Origin: Phoronis australis
Taxonomy: Eukaryota > Animalia > Phoronida
Length of the DNA: 64,000 nt
Assembly: GCA_002633005.1 (NCBI GenBank)
Contig: NMRA01000638.1
Location: forward strand, 135,965-199,964
Direction of reading: 5' to 3'
This document shows, one piece after another, positions 1 to 11,500 of this stretch. A model generated the notes under the pieces. That model was not told where the DNA came from. It ran no database searches and saw only the letters and a program-made list of their open reading frames with translations. Position 1 is the first letter of the stretch, and each line of letters opens with the position of its first letter. Position numbers and translations under genes: made by a program.

Positions 1-991
1 ACTTGCTAAATTTAATAAACATTCTGAAGAGGGCTTAGGAGATATAGCTAAGGGCTCAAAAACTGCCACTAGGATGCGCCACTGTAGTTGAAGTCGTCAT
101 AAAAAACCATCGTCAACCGTCCTCTTCATAGTAAGAACATACATGCCAATTTTCACAATCATCCTCAGAGTGGTTCAGTTGATGGAGGGAAGGATGCAAA
201 AAAAACAGACTCAAAAACAATAAAAATGGCCACTAGGTGGCGCAAAATATCTTGAATCCACCCGAAAATGGGAGGATAGTGTCAACTCATTAATAGATGC
301 CTATGTGCCAAATTTTACAGGACCTTTGAAGATACAGCAGTAAATGTAAAAATAATAAAATTGCCTCTAGGATGCACACCTGTAGTCCGATCTTTCCGAA
401 AGTTGTCGTCTGTTGTCAACTTCATATAAACACATTTGCTACATTTAATAAAGATCCTGCAGAGCGTTTAGGAGGTACAGCCATTGACGCAAAAACAAGC
501 AAAACTACCACTAGGAGGTGCCACAGTAGTCAAAGTCATCGCAAAATCATCGTCAACCGTCCTTTTTGTAGTAAGAACATACATGCCAATTTTCGCAATC
601 ATCCTTAGAGTGGTTTGGTTGCCAGAGGGGCGGACGCCAAAAAACAGACTCGAAAATAATAAAAATGGCCACTTGATGGCGCAAAATGCCTCAAATCCAT
701 TGGAAAATGAGAAGACAGCGTTACCTCATTAATACATGCCTATGTGCCAAATTTCATGAAAATCCGTTGAGGACCTTTGTAGAGTCAAAAGTAAAAAAAC
801 TAAAATTGCCACTACGGGGCACAGCGATATTCAGGTCCGTCCATAACTCTTCACCCTCTGTCGTCAACTCCATAGGAACACACCTGTCAAATTTCAATAC
901 GATCCTGCAAGGGGTATAGGAGATACAGCTGCAGACGGCCAGACAGAGATTACCGCAATATGCACCCACATACAAATATGAGGGCGCATAA
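1..991 (-). mobile_element. Helentron-type non-autonomous element (HINE), truncated by the window edge, with ~440-bp internal repeats
   Basis: Terminal hairpin atgcacccacatac..atatgagggcgcat near 960-990, gacggccagacag microsatellite remnant, about two repeat units. Confidence 0.75.
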
Positions 992-1056
992 GAAGAATGG
1001 CCATAATAAACATCCCAACACCAGTCTCATTATAAATGTTACTATTTGATTAATAC

Positions 1057-1293
1057 CAGAGCTTGGAATGACCAATGCAAAACAGAGGAAATTTTTTCAG
1101 GTCATTTATCGTTCTACGAATAGGCTTGTGTCACATAAATAAATTTTTGTTGTAAAACAAACATTTTTGCATGAAAAAAGTAAAAATAATGATAAAAAAG
1201 AGACGAAAAAAAGAAGAAACTGGAAATCAAATATTAGGAAATCAAAACCACAAAAGAGGAAATTCTCTTAAAAGAGGAAAATTTCAAGCCCTG
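1057..1293. mobile_element. MITE with CAGGG-type TIRs and 6-bp TSD (hAT6-like)
   Basis: cagagcttggaat...atttcaagccctg flanked by taatac on both sides. Confidence 0.7.
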
Positions 1294-3385
1294 TAATACT
1301 CTGTAGAACCACAAGATTTGTGTATGGTGCATTTTATGCAAATTGTCAAGTTGTGCAAGTTAAAGCTGCATTTTGCATGGATTAACTGGCTACACTCATC
1401 AAACCAGTCTCATACATACCATGATAGATTTCTACTACAACTAGAGTTACAAGCAATACGTACAAGCATTATTCTTAAATTTGTAATTTTAGGCTTGGCT
1501 AACTCAGATAAACCACAATGCATTTGCTTAAGCCACTGAACACATGCACGGTGTTCAAATTTGCAACTTTAGTGTTGGCCAGCCCCAATAAACCCTGAAG
1601 CGTTTTCTCCAGTTGAAGATGGTATATATTTCTGGTTTGTAATGGAAATAGCATCCTAACATAGTAAGGAATATTATTATAGCAAAAGGCCCAATTTGAT
1701 TACCATGATAACAAGTAGCAGGCTATGTTATAGTAATGAAAATAACAGTGAATTTAAACAGGCTTGACATGTTTCAATTAAATCACCATCCTCAGAAGCA
1801 AAAACAGAAGACTTACACGGGACCGTACATATGCTTTCATAGTTTCACATCCTTTGTTTACAAGGTGTGTCTCATTGAAGTCCTTATCTCAAAGGGCAAT
1901 CTAGTTCAAAAACTTAAAAATACATGCCAAATCAAGTAATATGTAACATGGCATAATGTTCACATCTTCTCTGTTATCAAACTAAAAGTCTTTTTGAACA
2001 CCATTTTGTACCACGCCGAGATTGGAAAATCATCAACTATTCCCATCTATTTCCGTGACCTTAGTTCCTGTGTGTCAGCTCAGGAAAGATTCCAGAATGC
2101 CAGTCCTGTCATCTTTGAAAGCATACTGACATCACCCTGAGCTTAAATGCGTTATTACTTTGTTTGGTTGTTTTTGATTCTCATTTTTCATTCTCTTTTA
2201 TACAAACTTGATTATTTATTTCCAAATTTTACCTGTTCTTTGCATATGACGAATCTATATATTAAAACGCTAATTTCGGACCCTGATGTTGAGTGGGCAA
2301 CTGTTGTTAGACACCTGTTTCCCAATTGTTCCCACGATGGAAAAGCGCCGTGTTCTGTGGCCGCAAATCCCTGGCTTGTTTTATTCTTGGTCTTAATGAG
2401 TCATGGCCTCAGTCGATCCGGCATATGAGCTTACTCGAAGCTGAACACAATTCGGGGGGTATTCGTCCACGGCCTGCATTTACCGTTTACACCGTGTGCT
2501 CAATATTCGGCGGCAAGAGAATTAAAAAAATTACTGTCAACATTGAATAATTTTCTGAAATTTGAGTAAAGCGAAGTGGCGGCCTCAGTATCTTATGCGC
2601 ACCCGTTCGCCACTGCGTAGGCGTAATCTGTGTGCTGCGGTCACATGCTGAGACCTACTAAGAAACCATGATGACGGGGTGAGCATTCCTCGCTTATTTG
2701 GCCCGTTAAAAGTACTTTTATGTTAGAGGTAAGAGGCTAACGTCTTAACCTTTATTCCAGTCTTTAGTGCAGTGCCAAAGATACATGTAAATCCAATTTT
2801 TGTCCATGTTTTGTGAAAAGCGGTCCCAGGCCCAAAGCAGTCACGTTTTCCTTTGTCTCCGGTGTAGGCTTACAACTAGGCCAACTAGCCCACAGAGTCA
2901 ATTGTTCAAAAGTTTCGTGTTTCCCGTTTTAATCATTCATTTTGGCGTTAACTCTTGATGTGGAATCAGTCCTGTTGTGAAATATTATGGTCATATACAG
3001 TAGACAAACACATTTTTACATTTTGGGTTCAAACTGAATTGTAAACAAAGACAGTTTCAAGCATCAGGTCAGGTATTAATGTTTATCTGGGTCAACCATT
3101 TGCCCCATTGGACAGGTACTGAATGACATAATCCCACTGTGCACTGTCTTTTAAAGTTTTCAATTTATCAAATCAGATTGATAGCGTCTAGAATTGTATT
3201 CATATCTTCATGCGTGACACTTTCATGTTGTGTGTGTCATGCCACATAATAGCCAATGAAAATCCAAACCTGTCAGAAATACCTAGCTGGACTCGACCTG
3301 GCAGGCATTCTTTGTTATGGGCAAAAAAGGCCATATGTTGTAAAAGGTTACTCAAACCTGATGGAAGTGCTGGAAAACCTGCCCT

Positions 3386-3516
3386 GAGTTCAGTAATGCT
3401 AGGACTTTGCTGAAAAGCCAGACTTCGCAAGAGTACGTGAGATGTTGCGGTGTATTTTAAATGAGAACGCGTGATTTTGGCTACATTTTTTGTGAGGTCC
3501 TAGCATTACTGAACTC
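3386..3516. mobile_element. 131-bp MITE-like element
   Basis: Perfect 20-bp inverted repeat gagttcagtaatgctaggac / gtcctagcattactgaactc; flanks tgccct and taccct. Confidence 0.6.
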
Positions 3517-4438
3517 TACCCTGTTGAAGCGACATGTTAAAACTGGTCGTGGAGAACACTGATGTATCAAAATGGCTCCCAAGTATATTTGATAATTGTT
3601 TTTCTTTTCTCTTTTACAGGTACCGGTTACTACAAAAAACAACTCAAGATTGGAAATGCCTTAATGCAAACACTTATTACAAAATCTTGATTATTGGTTG
3701 AAATCTTCATCTTCATAATTGGAAAAGAGAGAGCAAAGAATATTATTGAGGAAAGGTCATTGAACTTTACAGCCTACGAAGTAAATTAATTCTCTAAGAG
3801 CCCAATCTGTGAGCAGTACAAGGTCAGGTACTGGATACATTGAAAGAGGCATTTGCTGGAAGAAAACCCAGGGTGAGACCAGTGTTCGAAATACAAGGTG
3901 GCGCGGGGGCCAGTGGATTTAAGGCGGGGCCAGTAAACTTTCACATATAGGCCCTATGTGGATGTGATCTCATATTAAAGTAACTGACCCAGTGGGGCAG
4001 CACATTTATTTGATGAAGGTCGAATATTGTGTTACACATGTTCTGCAGAAGCTGCTGTATTCTTCATGCCAACGCCACTGCACTTTCTCTTTGCCACATT
4101 CTGTTTGCACAGCAATCGACTCTGTGCTTTACTATGATGGAAGGAGCACCAAGATAATTTGATTGAGGACTTTGCTCATTGCAGCTAAACACGTGAAATG
4201 TACATTCATGAAAAGACCTTTACATGTGAATTTGAGGTACGGTAATAAAGACACAAAGTGTGTATCTACTTCATGGTATTACCACCATCACATTTGTGTA
4301 TGGTGAAATAACTATAATAATGGCATTCAACAAAAAATGAATTTCGATAAGGAAAAAATGGATGACAATAGCAAATAATACTTATAAGTACTGATAACAG
4401 CACAGCTTTTAGGTGATATTTTTATTTGTTAACTGAAG

Positions 4439-5833
4439 CATGTATCACCAGGGCAACTTCCAATGTCTTGCGTAAACCGGCTAACTAAAGCTGATTCCCT
4501 TACACTAGTACGGGTACCAGCTAGTGGTATTTAATACATAATCATAAGTTTGTGAAGTATGTCACATCTCCCGTAGCAACAGAAGCCGTTCAAGGCCCAG
4601 GTAACTAATTAATGTGTTCATCTTGCCCCGCAGAGCACAGATGTACTCGCACGGCAGGCCAGGCAGTCCACCTCCACCGAGTAATAGCTTATGTTTCTGG
4701 CTAAGTGGGAATTAATCCTTTTGCTTTAAACTCAAGAATACTTATATTATACCACTTAGCACCATAGTAAATTTTTTCCTGGTTATTTCGCCACCAAATG
4801 GTATTCTCTTGGCAGTCAGCTGCCCGGCCGTAACGGAAGTCGCAGGAGACCACCACCGGTATCTTAGTTTCCGTCTACATTTATTTTTTTGCAAGTTTAA
4901 TGGTCAGTATATTCTAACTGTATAGCAATTTTATTCAATTATTTCGATGTTGCATGTTTGTTGTTCTGTTTATACTGTTTGTTTACCAGAGTTAGTTACA
5001 CCCAGTAAAACACGATTAGCCTAGTCCATCATAGTCGACCTTGTTATTCAATCATTGGCAGAGGAGTATGAATAGCCCGTAATTTTATGCAAGGAAACTA
5101 TCTTTGTATATATACAGCATTTATGATTTGAACCANCATGTATCACCAGGGCAACTTCCAATGTCTTGCGTAAACCAGCTAACTAAAGCTGATTCCCTTA
5201 CACTAGTACGGGTACCAGTTAGTGGTATTTAATACATAATCATAAGTTTGTGAAGTATGTCACATCTCCCGTAGCAACAGAAGCCGTTCAAGGACCAGGT
5301 AACTAATTAATGTGTTCATCTTGCCCCGCAGAGCACAGATGTACTCGCACGGCAGGCCAGGCAGTCCACCTCCACCGAGTAATAGCTTATGTTTCTGGCT
5401 AAGTGGGAATTAATCCTTTTGCTTTAAACTCAAGAATATTTATATTATACCACTTAGCACCATAGTAAATTTTTTCCTGGTTATTTCGCCACCAAATGGT
5501 ATTCTCTTGGCAGTCAGCTGCCCGGCCGTAACGGAAGTCGCAGGAGACCACCACCGGTATCTTAGTTTCCGTCTACATTTATTTTTTTGCAAGTTTAATG
5601 GTCAGTATATTCTAACTGTATAGCAATTTTATTCAATTATTTCGATGTTGCATGTTTGTTGTTCTGTTTATACTGTTTGTTTACCAGAGTTAGTTACACC
5701 CAGTAAAACACGATTAGCCTAGTCCATCATAGTCGACCTTGTTATTCAATCATTGGCAGAGGAGTATGAATAGCCCGTAATTTTATGCAAGGAAACTATC
5801 TTTGTATATATACAGCATTTATGATTTGAACCA
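4439..5833. repeat. 697-bp tandem duplication joined at N (5136), probable assembly artefact
   Basis: 4439-5135 matches 5137-5833 with 4 substitutions seen. Confidence 0.9.
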
Positions 5834-6239
5834 TTTAATCCAATAAAATAGCCGGGGACGGCATGCCTTCGTCTTTTGTCAGAGCGAGTGGTCTCGATCA
5901 GTCCGCACCGGGTCATAGGCTGCAGGTTAGAGTCCAGCAAAATAATTTGTCAAAATTTATTTTGCCACAATTTGTCAACATTTTCTGTACGAATTGTCCC
6001 TATTTTGGTTTTATTTTATCCCCATTTGCAGGCTAATAACAGATACTCCTCCAGTCACACAGATGGCGTACTTAAGCCTGGATTCCTGAATGAATTGTAC
6101 TTTTGGTTTTGCGGTTAGTTCAAAATAGTGGTGTCTTCTTCCGGTCGGAATCGTGAGCGGCGCGTTTATTTTAATTTTCGTCAACTACGGATTGTGTATT
6201 GGTTATGGGATAGGTACTGCGTGGTTCCTTATCATTTCT

Positions 6240-6830
6240 CCTAACCATTTAATGAAGGTTAAAAACGTTTGCTTCTAGAACTTTAAAACTCTAACAACAG
6301 GGTATAAAGAACTTATCAAATTTGCAAAAGAATGGCTATCCCTGAACTATTCAATACGGTACTGGAAGCAAGACTGTAATGTAACCCTGATGATATTCGT
6401 CCTCTAGACAAAACTAACTGCAATTATTTTAAAATACCCTATGTTGGTTTTTATGCCAAGATTGCTCAACGAAAAATCAACAAATTGGTGAATTATTGTT
6501 GTATTAACATTCAAGTCCACAAAACTGTCTAATTTAACTCTAAGGACAAAATTCCTATGGGTCTACCATCCAGAGTAGTGTACAGAATTAATTTACCTGT
6601 GCTGGATGTGGCTCCAGTTATATAGGTGAAACTGTTCGTCATTTGAAAACCCTGACCAGGGAACATCTAAATCTGACAGGAAATCACACATTAATATTCA
6701 TCTGCAGAGCTCCAATCATTGTCATGAGCTCTTTCAATGACTTTGCTATAATAGACCAAGCAGAATCAACAAAGCAGCTGAAGTTTTGTGAGGCTCTACA
6801 TAACAAGTCTCAATAAGCAACTGGCACACC
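6240..6830 (+). mobile_element. Decayed Penelope-like element, GIY-YIG endonuclease region
   Basis: Broken frames read FKIPYVG..KDKIPMGLPSRVVY..TCAGCGSSYIGETVRHLKT..REHL. Confidence 0.75.
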
Positions 6831-7059
6831 ACAGGTTGTCATTGTTAGTCTAGTCTATTTTTACTGTCTAACTGACTTTGTCTGTGTATCACTACTTGTT
6901 GTTGAGCCTAGCAAGGTGGCCACTGTTTTTACTTCTGAGAAACATGTCAAGCCGGTTTAAATCCATCGGTGTTTTTCCAATTCCATTTTCGTTTTTAACC
7001 AATTAAACAAGAAGAAATGCAATTTAACTAGATGACCACGGCCTGAAAAGTAAACATAC

Positions 7060-8527
7060 CTGTAACTGTGTCAACAAAGCCCTTTTCTGCAAAATGAACA
7101 TCGTCAGAGAGTATCTGTAGCACTCCCTTGTTAACTGCATCCTGCAGAGACATCACACGCCCCGTTCCCTGGTCATGGCATCTGCCACTGCTGGTGATTA
7201 GACCCTTCTCAATGGCCTCTGCCAGGCTAAAGACTTCATCTGTCCTCGGGTCAATCACGGACTTGAGGTATGGATCAAGCACACCTCGCCTCATGGCCTC
7301 TGAGAAACTCAAGTCTGTGCTCGTCCGGGTGTCTTTAACATTGCCGTCTGAATCGATGACACCATTCATCAATGCATCATACAGATCTAATGGCTTCTCA
7401 ATTAAGTGCTGGTGGAAGGCCTCATCAAGTTCAAGCACTCTCCCTGAGGATCGATCATGCAGTTGGCCCGTTCTGGCATTCAACACACCAGCAGCTATAG
7501 CTTCCTGTACTGACATTTTGAAGTTGGTGTTGGGCTCTACGACCTCTGGCACCTCTCCCAGGATAAAGTCGTGGCCAATTGCTTTCTCCACGGTGTACTC
7601 TTCATTGGAAACTGGGTCAACAATTGCTCCGCTGGAGGGTTTGTACAAACCCTTCTGGATGGCATCAGAGAGTGTCAGTGACATCTCTGAGCTCATCACG
7701 TCTGGTATGCCATAGAATGCACGCTGTTGGGTAGCAGCTGAGGTGCTGATGCTGTGATAGGACAATTTGGCTGCAGCTTCTGTGGTGATTAGTCGTTGTT
7801 GGACGGCATCTTTCATGGACATGGAGCGATGAGTGACCGGATCAGTGATAAGACCAGTCAACGGGCTGTACAGGCCACGCTTGACAGCCTCTAATAGAGT
7901 GACTGAGCGACCGATAGCGGGATCATTGATGCCACAGTTTTCCTGGAGCTCCCGCACAAGTGTGGGCTCAATGAAACCATGCCGGGAAGCTTCAGCCAAG
8001 GACATTTGCTTCCCAGAACGAGGATCAACAAGCAAACCACTGCCAATGTCCAAAATACCAGATTCGAAAGCCTGAGCAAGAGTGATTTTCTTGCCCGTTG
8101 ACGGGTCTGTGATTGCTGCAATGTACAAAATCTGCCCCTGTGGCACCTGAGCACCTTCAGTGAGAGATACAACTGTCTGGACATTCTGAGAGTCATCCAA
8201 AGGCCCAAACCATGACTTGAGTCGTGACTTGGTGCCTTTCTTGGATCCGCTCTGAACAGCAAGGTTTGCAACAGTTGAAAACTCCTGTTGCTTGGGAACT
8301 GTCGTCACAGACAAGCGTTGAAGATGGGTGACTGGTATCTGCGTAATAGTCTCAAGCACAGGTGTCACCTGCTTGGTGATAAATGAGCCAGAATCTCGTG
8401 TCAGCGACACATTAGTATAGGTTGATACAGGAGTATGGCTGTTAATCAAACTGTTGTCAGGCTGCATGACTACTTCTGCACGATACGTACATAGTGGCGG
8501 AAGAGATTCATCAGCAGCAGTTAGCAC
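7060..8527 (-). CDS. Large exon: Ser/Thr/Val-rich linker followed by plectin repeats
   Basis: ttacag|GTG ... G|GTATGT within ORF 7028..8653; repeated (I/V)xDPxTGxxxSLxEAxxxGLI units; ends in phase 1. Confidence 0.93.
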
Positions 8528-11500
8528 CTGTAAGTGAATGAAAATCATTTCAAGGAAAAATGCAATCTGAAACCAAAATCGTGTTAAGACCAAAGACTCT
8601 TCGTCCAGCTCTTCACAGCCTTGAATGTCATTACTGACGTCATACATTATCACCGGACTGATACAAAGCTTTTAATGACACGCTTTTCAACTTTGCGAAA
8701 TAGAATAGCAAAATTCCAGCTATGCAGTGTAATAACTGCTTTTTTAAAAAATCCAATAACCAAGCCATCATTGTTTTGTAAGGCCTAGTAAATCCACCAT
8801 TTAACATTGACAACCACTTGGTCAAAGAAATAACCAAAGGTTGTTCAGTTCAGACCTTATTCAAAATACAAAGCTACTATTCACGTATTCTCTCAGGTGT
8901 TCATGAAGCCAACACCAACCTTTGATGGGGTAACACAGCCGAGCACTCTGGTGATATCTTGCAGTTTTTGCTTGGCCAACATCAGTGTGCTCACATAGTG
9001 TCCGTTGAGATCATCTAGCTCTCGTTCGATGATGGCCGGTGACGATGGCATTCGGAGACGTGGAATGGCCGCATCAAGACTGGGATGAACAGATTGCAGA
9101 CTCTCTTTGTAAGCCTTGGCTTTGTTCGAAAATATCTAAAACAAACAAAAACAAAGTTTTCCTCATTCGCAAAGAAAACATTTATTTACTGTCTAATGAT
9201 TGCAGAAAAAAATATTGACATGCATATGGTGAGCTCTGGGAAAGTTGGATAGGGGTTTACGGTGAAAAAAGAAAAAGTTAAAAACTCAAAACCAATGAAA
9301 TGCTGAGGCGATGAGCAATTTTGAAAAGGTTATTTAACAGCAATATTAATTGTTAGTCTCTCAAAGTCACACATCACACACAGCCTGCTGTACCATCAAA
9401 GCACCACAGTGTGGCCATCAAGTTAAAAATGCCTCCATAGCAACACAGAGCCAAACTCACACAAGACATCTGGCACTGGCACATCAAACAAAGTTCAGAA
9501 TTCAAATACAGTGCCTTGAAAAAGGGGCGCAGTATGCATCCGTGTGCTAAGCAAGACGCAAGCACATGTTGATAAAGCAAGAAAAGTAAACCACTGTTTC
9601 TTACAACCCAAGTTGACCAACAACATGTTATCACAATGAGCCAAAAAATGTTTTCCAAATAAAGTAATACAGAAATAATGTCAAAATCAATATACTCATC
9701 ACTCCACACCAGTTAAAAGAAACCACAACTGTAGAAAACAAATGATGAACACCATAATTTACCCACATTCACATTAAATGTCTGTTGACCGGTAACCTTT
9801 GACTTTAACTGCAACATGGCTGGATTGCTCACTGCACACACACAACTGTCACATAAGGTAGAGTGAATGAATCCCAGCTCACTGTCAATCAACTCATAAA
9901 CAAGTAAAAAGAGTGCAACACAACCATGTAGACTACCAGCCATATTGACAGGTCTGTGATCTTGAATTAAGCAAAGAAGTAATTCCTTTAAAGTAAAACA
10001 AGAGTGCAGATTCCTTCTTGAACAATGTACCAGTAAATTGTACATTCTCAAACATATTTGAATACATTCACATAAGTCGGGCTTTGCCATTCAATAGCAA
10101 GTTGGGACTGCTGATGGAACACGCCTTCCAATTGGTATGGACAAAAAATGGGAAGGATTGGGTAGTGAAAATTGAGCCATTGCTTGATTTGCTGGAATGC
10201 CATTAAAATTTGAAATGAATGTCATACAATGTTTTGAATAAGATATCATTAACAACACCAGATCAACTGTGTCAAAAGAGGGTCAAACCATGAACTTATT
10301 TTTAAATGAAATTTAATTCAACTTTTTCATGAGGAGATACTACCCTGATGGCAAAGTGAACAAAATTTTGAGATTTGACATGCAACAGAACGATGACTTT
10401 CAGTAACCCAAGAACATAAAATAAAAAAAAATGACCAGTCCTTCCCATCAAAACCTTGCCATTCACATCAAAACTCTGCCCTTCCTATTTCCCATCCATC
10501 CTTCGAATACTTGGGCCTGTACTTTCCCTAGTTCTTGTACATCATTCCCCTTTTTGGGGTCTGCCCTTCTTATCAGCAGTCCAAACTTCATATGGAATGA
10601 CAAAGTCTGAAAGTGATTGGATACGGGGAGTTGTATTCGTCTTGATTTCAGTGTTCTGATGAAAGATCTCACCTGACACTTTTCAACCCACGGATACAAT
10701 CACATTAATCACAATGGCGACACTTTGTTGCATTATGAACTCCAAGGCATTGGTGTAACACTTTGGAAATCGATATTCCTTTCAGTAAACTTTACTTAAG
10801 CAATGAAAGACAACACCACAGGTAAACCCTTCCTCTGTGATTATTGAAAAATAGCATTGAATTGAACATCATGCACTACATTAGTCATCCCTTGGTGCAA
10901 CAAATGATTATGCACAACCAGGCTCTGTGTCTGTGACATGCCATTTTGAAGTGAGTCAGAAATCAGAAATTCAGCAAAGTACAACCTGATAAGCAAAAAG
11001 AAATGCATGACAAATAAAGCGGCTGTGGCACGTCCAGATTCTGTCAACACGGCACCGCAAAGCTATACAAAACTACTATATACGGAAAAAAATGAAAACT
11101 ATAGTGCAAGGCTTCTACAACTAAACTTTGGAGTGGGTCCTCAGTGCACCTAACATGTGGCTCAGGTTGTGGAAGAAGAGAAAATGCTGGGAGTATGAGA
11201 TATTTCTTCACATTTCAAAAGCTTTTCATCTGGATAGAATAGCATTGGCTTGCTAGGATGTACACGGTAATTTCACTTTCATTAAACAACAATGATCACA
11301 ATAAGAATAATCCTTCAATGACTCTGTGCAAAACAGTTTACACCAGCATGAAAATTCCTGTAACTTGGAATGTAAAAGAAAACAAAACCTCGTCACATGA
11401 TAAAACAATTTTGATATTGCTTTTACACAAGAAAATGACTACAAAGATCCAAATTCAGACATGAAATGTGGGTACAAATGAAATTACCACGTACAGCCAA

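Noticed and set aside
372-975. Recurring KLPLGGATVV-type ORFs in HINE copies
   Set aside because: Translations of the non-coding tandem monomer; frames are not conserved between copies
1817-1900. Candidate next phase-1 exon ending CGT|GTAAGT
   Set aside because: In-frame stop and no plectin-repeat sequence
5860-5940. tRNA or SINE-like head (ggttagagtcc B-box-like)
   Set aside because: No cloverleaf and no second copy to confirm
7128-8271. ORFs 7128..7715 (+), 7833..8075 (+) and 7891..8271 (-)
   Set aside because: Antisense or alternate-frame shadows of the plectin-repeat exon
10463-10699. 78-aa minus-strand ORF as an alternative exon
   Set aside because: No plakin similarity and no convincing phase-compatible splice pair
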